Shown: positions 58,110-64,000 of the stretch, piece after piece | Position numbering within the stretch: position 1 is the first letter of the stretch | Layout: each line of letters opens with the position of its first letter | Assembly (NCBI GenBank): GCA_050289625.1 | Contig: JBNKGC010000004.1 | Location: 1,984 to 65,983, forward strand | Direction of reading: 5' to 3' | Source of the DNA: Polyangiaceae bacterium | GTDB lineage: Bacteria; Myxococcota_A; Polyangia; Polyangiales; Polyangiaceae | DNA length: 64,000 nt | Translations under genes and position numbers: made by a program | Notes under the pieces: model-generated | What the model saw: only the letters and a program-made list of their open reading frames with translations | Told to the model about the DNA's origin: nothing | Database searches by the model: none

Positions 58110-59528
58110 TCAGTCGTCGTCGGAGTCCGCGCTCAGGCTGAGGGAGCCGGAACCCGAGACATCGCCATCGCCGTCGCCCTTACCTTCGCTTCCGGGCAAA
58201 CGGAACGCGAGGCCCGCCCACACCGAGACGTATCGGTCCGTCGCGCCACCGGCGACGCGGTCATGCGGAGTGCTTTCGGCAATGGGGTTGAAGTTCATGC
58301 CGTACTGAAGACCGTCGATCCCGAAGAGGAGGTCGAAGTTCTCCGAGAGCATCCAGCCGACCTCGCCGCCGTACTCGAAGCCCACCGCAGAAGTCTCGGG
58401 GAACCATGCATCGGACTGGAGATCGCCGGTATCGTTCACGATGCGGTAGCGGGCGTGGGCTCCGATGAGGAGACCGGAATCGAACCGCAGTCGTGCGTCG
58501 GCGCCGATGTCGATGAAGGAATAACTGACGTCGGGAAAGAGAGGGCCCAACGGGCCCACGTCGTCATCCCCTTTGATGGTGAACTGGTGGTTCCCGATGG
58601 CCGCCAGCAGCCCCAGCGAGTGCAGCCCGAAGGGGAACCGAATCTTCGGTCCGACCCACCACATGCTGGTGGACTGATCCAGCTCCTCGTCTCCGAAGGC
58701 AACACTGGTGGCGAAGCCCACTTCGTAACCGCCGGTGAGGCCGATGTTGGCCATCCACCCGTCCATGCGGTGGGCCAGAGGGAACCAGGTGCCATGGACG
58801 AGCGCCTGAGGGGCCGTGGCAAGATTGTAGGTGAGCAGCTCGGGTTCGCCTTGGTCGGGAAAGATCTCCGCGAGGGTGCCGGTGTACCGAAAGGATCGAG
58901 AATACATCCGAAGTCCGGCGCGCAGCTCGAGTGCCTCCTGCGCTTCGGATGGAGTCTCGGTGTCTCCGGATGCGACTGGCTCCGAGGCGACTTCGGCCTC
59001 TTCTTCCGGTTCCCCATCGAGATCCACCTCGGGCTCCGGTTCGGCGAGCTGGGCCTGGGAGACCGCTGCCATCAGCATCTCCGGGTCCCGCATCGCCTTC
59101 CGATAGTTATTCCAGAGCCCACCCTCGACGGGGATCTCTTCGATGAGGGCGCCGTCCTTGCCGTTGTGGACGTAGAGGGTGGCCGCCCAGCCTTTCTTCC
59201 CCTGAAGCGCAGTGGTGCCCAGGATGACGGCATCCGCCCCGTGCTTTTCGGCAAAGGACGCGATCTCGTCCTCGCTCGCCCCTTGGCTGATGTCCGTTGC
59301 GTCGTTACCGCCGACGACGGTCACTCGATCGTTGCCCTCGAGCCCTTCGACCAACCATTCGCGTGCGCTCTGCGGCTTCGGACCCTTGAGCTTGCCAACG
59401 AGCACCTTCTTCGTGTCCGCGCTCTCATCTGCGGCGAGCACGGTGTTGGGGGAGATCAGGGTGGTCACCGCCGCCGAACCCAGGCACAGCGCCAGCAATG
59501 CTGGAGCGAAAGTTCCTCGGAAACGCAT
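58110..59528 (-). CDS. Hypothetical secreted protein with beta-barrel-like C-terminal half and acidic tail
   Basis: Trimmed from the 621-aa track ORF to ATG 59528 (signal MRFRGTFAPALLALCLGSAAV). The C-terminal ~270 aa show alternating hydrophobic/aromatic beta-strand patterns (YVSVWAGLAFRL). Confidence 0.65.
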   Translation of the reverse strand: MRFRGTFAPALLALCLGSAAVTTLISPNTVLAADESADTKKVLVGKLKGPKPQSAREWLVEGLEGNDRVTVVGGNDATDISQGASEDEIASFAEKHGADAVILGTTALQGKKGWAATLYVHNGKDGALIEEIPVEGGLWNNYRKAMRDPEMLMAAVSQAQLAEPEPEVDLDGEPEEEAEVASEPVASGDTETPSEAQEALELRAGLRMYSRSFRYTGTLAEIFPDQGEPELLTYNLATAPQALVHGTWFPLAHRMDGWMANIGLTGGYEVGFATSVAFGDEELDQSTSMWWVGPKIRFPFGLHSLGLLAAIGNHQFTIKGDDDVGPLGPLFPDVSYSFIDIGADARLRFDSGLLIGAHARYRIVNDTGDLQSDAWFPETSAVGFEYGGEVGWMLSENFDLLFGIDGLQYGMNFNPIAESTPHDRVAGGATDRYVSVWAGLAFRLPGSEGKGDGDGDVSGSGSLSLSADSDDD

Positions 59529-60142
59529 CAGAGGGCCCCCTGACTGCCGGTTCCGCCCGTCGCGGCAGCGGCACCGCCCGTGCCACCCGTTGCCGCATCC
59601 GCACCACCAGTTCCACCGGTTGCGTCCGCGGCACCACCGGTCCCGCCCGTCGCAGCGCCGCCCGTACCGGCTTCGGCACCCTGGGAGATCGTCAGCGCCC
59701 ACTCCCGGATGCATTCGATCTGATCGGCTTCGAGGGGCAGGCCGACGGGCATCGCGCTGCCGCAGGAATAGGTCCCCAAGAGCTTCTTGAGGAGCAGACT
59801 TTCCTCGACGTTGTTCGGATCGACGATGAGCTCGGGGGTCGCGGGGCAGTTCTCCGGATCGGTGACGCCGGCGTAAGCTGCCTGCACACCGAGCACGTTC
59901 TGGGCAATGTCGCCGTTGACCAGATCCACCGAACCGAGGGGGTCGGGACCTTCGTGGCAGATGCTGGTCGAACACTTGGACTCGAAGATGGGCGTCGGAT
60001 CACACCCCGGGCCGCTCGCCCTAAACGCATCGGAATTGTCCAAGTCGGAGCCTGCTGGACACGCGGTCAACGTGACGCTCAGCGAGGCGAGCAGGAAGAG
60101 TTTCGACCACGGGGGGGGACTGAAAGAAGGTGGATTTCTCAT
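59528..60142 (-). CDS. Cys-rich lipoprotein with PSCyt1-like (planctomycete cytochrome c-like) domain
   Basis: Lipobox VTLTAC. PIFESKCSTSICHEGPDPLGSVDL ... ESLLLKKLLG...CGSAMPVGLPLEADQIECIREWA parallels the PSCyt1 pattern as I recall it. The Cys-His motif is CX4CH rather than CXXCH. Confidence 0.65.
   Translation of the reverse strand: MRNPPSFSPPPWSKLFLLASLSVTLTACPAGSDLDNSDAFRASGPGCDPTPIFESKCSTSICHEGPDPLGSVDLVNGDIAQNVLGVQAAYAGVTDPENCPATPELIVDPNNVEESLLLKKLLGTYSCGSAMPVGLPLEADQIECIREWALTISQGAEAGTGGAATGGTGGAADATGGTGGADAATGGTGGAAAATGGTGSQGAL
59531..59680 (-). repeat. In-frame 30-nt (10-aa) tandem repeat, about 5 units (TGGTGGAA[DA]A)
   Basis: C-terminal GAEAGTGGAA TGGTGGAADA TGGTGGADAA TGGTGGAAAA TGGTGSQGAL of ORF 59528..60142. 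Confidence 0.8.
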
Positions 60143-60405
60143 TGTCGAGGAGTGCGGCGTGCGGCTGGCCCTCAGCCGCCGTTTCGGTTTGAATAGCCCA
60201 AGGAGGCCTGTGGAGGAAAGCTCACGAAAGCGTTCCAGGTTTCGACGACTGAGGACCGATCCGCAGGTGAGGGAGCGTGGCGTCGAACGGTCTGCTCACA
60301 AACGTCCGCTGACGCTCGATTTGAACCGACTCGGTCCCTTCGTGCTTCGAAGGGCGTCGGAGCTCCCCCCCGGGTTACCCACACGGACCAATCATCGGAT
60401 GTCTC

Positions 60406-60882
60406 ATGTACCGATTCGAGAAGAATGATCTCCAAGGCCTGAAATCCCACGGATTCAGGCACTCCGTGAAGGTGAGGTTCCAGGACGTCGACGCGGCAGG
60501 GCTGGTGTTTTTCGCGCGTGTCCTCGAATACCTGCACGACTGCTATGTGTCGTTTCTGGCACACTCCGGGTCAGAATTGTCCGAGGTGCTCCGCGAAAAG
60601 CGCTGGGCCGCACCCCTTCGTCACGCGGAAGCGGACTACTTTCACCCAATCCGATTTGGCGAGGAACTCGCGGTCGTCCTCGCGGCGGCTCACCTCGAAG
60701 AGACGGAAATCACGCTCGGATACCAAGTGATCGGCGCGGCAGACCAGCGAGTGCGCGCCGTTGGGCAGACGGTGCACACGTTCGTCGATCCCAAAACCTT
60801 CGAGCGAATGCCCGTGCCTCGGGAGCTCTGCGAGGCGCTCCGAGACGTATCCAACGTGAGTTCCGAAACGACCAGCGGGTGA
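60406..60882 (+). CDS. Acyl-CoA thioesterase (4HBT/YbgC-like hotdog fold)
   Basis: FRHSVKVRFQDVDAAGLVFFARVLEYLHD and typical size (158 aa). Confidence 0.85.
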   Translation: MYRFEKNDLQGLKSHGFRHSVKVRFQDVDAAGLVFFARVLEYLHDCYVSFLAHSGSELSEVLREKRWAAPLRHAEADYFHPIRFGEELAVVLAAAHLEETEITLGYQVIGAADQRVRAVGQTVHTFVDPKTFERMPVPRELCEALRDVSNVSSETTSG

Positions 60883-61155
60883 TTCCGCAGCGAGCCAGGT
60901 GCGCTGTGCTCGTTGAACCGAGGCGACCCGCGGAGTTCGTCTCCCGTCATGCGGTCGACCGACGACGACCATTCGCCTCGCGCTGACGAGTGCGGGTGGC
61001 GCCCCCACCGGGCTGCCACCAATCGCCGCGGGCTGGCTGAGCTAGTCGGGACGAAACGGCGAGCGGAGGAAAAAACAGCTGCGGAATGACGTCGTGCTTT
61101 GGATCGAGACGTCGTTGGCCAGTTCCCGGCCTGCGGGTCGTAGTGCGGCTTCGTG

Positions 61156-62436
61156 ATGCGGGGAACAGCAACATACATGCAGTTTTTTACCGGTGCGGTT
61201 CTGCTGACGGTGGTGGGCTGTGGCTCACGGGAAACCGAACCGCGGGCACCCGTCAAAACGGCGGAGGCCCAGGTGGCTGCCGAGGTCACCGCACCGCCAC
61301 AGGTGCCTTCGGAGGTGAAGTCCGTTGGCACGGGCGCGAAGGAAGAGCCGTCGGGGCTTTTGGTGCCGGCCGAAGTCGAGGCCCAAACGCAGACCTTCGG
61401 CAGCGGTCTGGTCGCCAAGTTCGAGATGCGGCAACCGCCTTGGGCGCTGTTGGCGGTTGATCGCCCCGTCCGAAGTGATGGCGACCCGCCCTCGTTCACC
61501 TACTGGGGACGGCGCTCCACCATCCCGGTCGGCAAACAGGAGCTGACCTATGCTGAGCTGAGCCCCGATGGTGAGTGGGTCGTGGCGATGAGCCAGACAG
61601 AAGGCGTCATCTACCGATTCGACACGCACAACATCCGCGAGATCGAACGCACCCCGATCCCGGAGTTCGACCGCCATAACCCGGGGGCTCTGAAGCTCTG
61701 GCCGAAGGAAGGTGACGATGAAGTGCGGGTGCTCCACGTTGGACCGCTCGGGCACCGCATCATCGACCTTCGTTCGGGAGCGGTGCGCACGCTCTCGACC
61801 GTGCCTGGCATGTTCGTTCGGGTAGGGAACGGCTTTCACACCATCGGCAGCGTCCTGACGGGTCCCGACGGAGTCGCCAGTCGCTTCGATCTATTTCTGC
61901 GGACGGCCGAGCGAGCGCACGTCCCCGCGCTGTCGCTGGAGCTTCGTGGGCGACTCCAGGACTTCGTGCTCACTCAGGACACGAAGCACCTGGTAGCTCT
62001 CGACCCGAACTCGAACCGGGTTCACGTGTTCGACCTGGCGGAAAGGAAAATCGTTCGCGAATTTGAAATTGGAGGCAACGCCCGCACCATCGCGCTGTCG
62101 CCCGATGAGCGCTACCTGGCCGTAGGTGGGCGCGATCTCCGCGTCTTCGAATTCGAGAGCGGACGGCTCGTGGGTCGAGAAACCGGGTACGGCGGCGACA
62201 TCCACTTGGTTCGGTTCAGTCCAGCGGGAGAGTCGCTCGTGACGACCTCGTACGACGGGCGGATTCGCATCTTCGCGCTCGACGGGGGACGCTTGCGCTC
62301 CCGCCAGACACTTCGCCATCAGCGGGTCGCCAACGTCTACGCGATAAGCTTCAGTGACGATGCTCGCGTGATGGCGACGTCCTCGGGAGATCGCTCGATC
62401 AAGGTCTGGGAGCGCTGGCCCAAGCCGAGCCCCTGA
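61156..62436 (+). CDS. WD40/beta-propeller repeat lipoprotein
   Basis: Lipobox LTVVGC. C-terminal WD-like repeats (e.g. VYAISFSDDARVMATSSGDRSIKVWE). Confidence 0.8.
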   Translation: MRGTATYMQFFTGAVLLTVVGCGSRETEPRAPVKTAEAQVAAEVTAPPQVPSEVKSVGTGAKEEPSGLLVPAEVEAQTQTFGSGLVAKFEMRQPPWALLAVDRPVRSDGDPPSFTYWGRRSTIPVGKQELTYAELSPDGEWVVAMSQTEGVIYRFDTHNIREIERTPIPEFDRHNPGALKLWPKEGDDEVRVLHVGPLGHRIIDLRSGAVRTLSTVPGMFVRVGNGFHTIGSVLTGPDGVASRFDLFLRTAERAHVPALSLELRGRLQDFVLTQDTKHLVALDPNSNRVHVFDLAERKIVREFEIGGNARTIALSPDERYLAVGGRDLRVFEFESGRLVGRETGYGGDIHLVRFSPAGESLVTTSYDGRIRIFALDGGRLRSRQTLRHQRVANVYAISFSDDARVMATSSGDRSIKVWERWPKPSP

Positions 62437-62545
62437 GCCGACGACTGGACGGAGGGTGGGACCTCGGCGTCGCGGCAATCTGCGCCGCCGGCCCTCCCGG
62501 TGGCTGGGCGCGCGCCGCGCAGCCTGCACCCAGCTCTTGTGCGTT

Positions 62546-63988
62546 TCAGCGATCGCCAGTGTCCGCAGCGAGGCTCGCGACCGCGCGGCGGTCGACCTTT
62601 CCGCCGCCGAGGTGAGGGAGCTCGGAAACGAAGAGCCAGCGGCGAGGCCTCTGAAATGCGCTGAGTCGCGAGCGAACCCAGGCATCGAGGCCTTCGGCCT
62701 CGATGCCTGAAGCGACGATGACGGCAACGATGCGCGCTCCCCACTCGTCGTCGGGAGCCCCGACCACGCAGGCGGCGTGGACACGCGGGTGATCGAGCAG
62801 GACGGCTTCCACCAGTTCGGGCGTCACGTTTTCGCCGCCCGAGATGATCACGTTGTCCCGCCTTCCCAGCACTTCGAGATTGCCGGCTTCATCGATGCGG
62901 CCGAGATCGCTGGTGCGAAACCAACCCTCTTCGTCGAGGGGGCCTTCGCTCGAGGTGCCGTTTCCCTCGGGTTTGCCCGCGTACCCGGAAAAGAGCACGG
63001 GACTGCGGAGGCAGAGGGAGCCATCTGGTGCCACCTTTAGCTCGACGCCGGAGAGAGCCCGCAGTTTCGACGAAGCGCCTGCCCGCGCGTCAGCCGTGGC
63101 CACCTGTGAACAAGCTTCGGTCAAGCCGTAGGTCTGCAGTACCGGGACGCCGCGCTCTTTCGCCCGTTCGAGAAGAGGCGCCGGGGCCGCTGCGCCACCG
63201 AGAAGAATGGCGCGCACGGACGGCGGCAGTGCGAAGTCGGGCGCTTCCAGCAAGCGGGTGAGCTGTGTCGGCACGAGGGACAAGAGCGTGACCCCGTGCT
63301 CGCCCAACCATCTCGCGAAAGCTGCGGGGTTCGATGGCGTACCGGACGTCGACACCACGACTGTCTTGCGTGCCAGCAGGCACCGGATCAGCACCGAGAG
63401 ACCACCGACGTGGGCAAACGGGATGGAGAGGAGCCAGCGATCATCGGGCTGGAAGCCGAGGTTCGCTTCGCTCGCGGCGGCTGAGGCGGCGAACGCTCGT
63501 CGTGAGAGCCGGACGGCCCTGGGACGCGCCGTGCTGCCCGAAGTCATGATCCAGGCGAGATCCGCCTCGGGATCAATCGGCTCGGAACCTCCGAGCGGTG
63601 CCTCGTCCTCGTGCAGCGGGGTGACCCCGTCGGGAACGACGCAAGCTGCCTCGATTTCGTCGAGCACACGCGCTCGCTCGGCGTCACTCGAACGCGGGTG
63701 CAGAGGCAGGGCGGGGATTCCTGCGTCGATGCACGCGTACAGGAGTGCGAGGCTTGCCGGAGTCGGCTGGGCTGTCCACGCAACGGGGCGCCCCGTGGTT
63801 CGGGCAAGCTCGACCGCATCGCGCGTGTCGAGCCACGCGCGGGCGCGCGCGGTGAGAGACGCAAGGGCCGCGAAGGAGAGCGTCTGATCGTCGAAGACGA
63901 GCGCTGGATGGTCGGGCGCGTCCCGCGCGACGCTCGCGAGGCTGAAGTCGGCGCTGGCGAGCCCGATCGCCGAGCTCGCGCCTGACAT
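62546..63988 (-). CDS. AMP-dependent synthetase/ligase (MenE / acyl-CoA-ligase-like)
   Basis: AMP-binding motif IMTSGSTARPRAV, YGLTEA, and the C-terminal GGGKVDRRA lysine motif. 480 aa. Confidence 0.88.
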   Translation of the reverse strand: MSGASSAIGLASADFSLASVARDAPDHPALVFDDQTLSFAALASLTARARAWLDTRDAVELARTTGRPVAWTAQPTPASLALLYACIDAGIPALPLHPRSSDAERARVLDEIEAACVVPDGVTPLHEDEAPLGGSEPIDPEADLAWIMTSGSTARPRAVRLSRRAFAASAAASEANLGFQPDDRWLLSIPFAHVGGLSVLIRCLLARKTVVVSTSGTPSNPAAFARWLGEHGVTLLSLVPTQLTRLLEAPDFALPPSVRAILLGGAAAPAPLLERAKERGVPVLQTYGLTEACSQVATADARAGASSKLRALSGVELKVAPDGSLCLRSPVLFSGYAGKPEGNGTSSEGPLDEEGWFRTSDLGRIDEAGNLEVLGRRDNVIISGGENVTPELVEAVLLDHPRVHAACVVGAPDDEWGARIVAVIVASGIEAEGLDAWVRSRLSAFQRPRRWLFVSELPHLGGGKVDRRAVASLAADTGDR

Positions 63989-64000
63989 GCCGAGCCCCGG

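Noticed and set aside
59531-59680. CRISPR-like repeat array
   Set aside because: The repeats are contiguous, in frame and coding (a Gly/Thr/Ala tail), with no spacers. No cas genes are present in the window.

Overview
GC-rich bacterial chromosomal segment with strong G/C bias at third codon positions. This bias produces many long spurious antisense ORFs in the six-frame track. The gene content (many lipoproteins, FIST, PP2C, an orphan FHIPEP protein, a PSCyt-like domain) suggests a Myxococcota or delta-proteobacterium-like organism; that is inference only.

I call about 60 protein genes, 2 tRNAs (Val-TAC, Glu-TTC), several hairpin terminators and one gene remnant. I recognise no rRNA, CRISPR array, transposase, integrase, phage gene or known defence system.

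Gene order:
- tig-clpP-(about 790 nt gap)-clpX-lon, then tRNA-Val
- a tandem-LuxR regulator
- a fused glycosyltransferase plus a MerA-like flavoprotein
- an rRNA m5C methyltransferase
- a tight hisC / aroA-like / cmk operon interleaved with three hypothetical envelope proteins, then rpsA
- an AI-2E transporter
- an orphan FlhA/SctV (FHIPEP) gene with FIST and PP2C neighbours
- ddl
- a fused membrane/spermidine-synthase-like protein, a DCC oxidoreductase, tRNA-Glu
- then mostly housekeeping and envelope genes: carbonic anhydrase, MepA-LysM peptidase, epimerase, pdxH, SDRs, OmpA-like, CAP-domain, pfk, APS reductase, MscS, hydrolases, ridA, aquaporin, Nudix, DUF362, Dph6-like, DUF4920, thioesterase, WD40 lipoprotein, acyl-CoA ligase

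Most of this is ordinary core genome. The items most worth a second look are:
1. The EPSP-synthase homolog in the aroA slot appears to have lost its catalytic motifs.
2. Three diverged paralogous envelope proteins are threaded through that operon.
3. The stand-alone FHIPEP gate gene sits next to FIST and PP2C.
4. A roughly 31-nt CTAG-containing inverted-repeat motif occurs at the same distance upstream of the FHIPEP gene and of ridA.
5. A three-gene envelope operon encodes a PSCyt-like CX4CH lipoprotein, a beta-barrel-like protein and DUF4920.
6. An alkaline-phosphatase-family C-terminal remnant lies in frame behind an SDR stop codon.

All homology calls are by eye from motifs and memory, with no database search. 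Start codons are often uncertain by tens of nucleotides.
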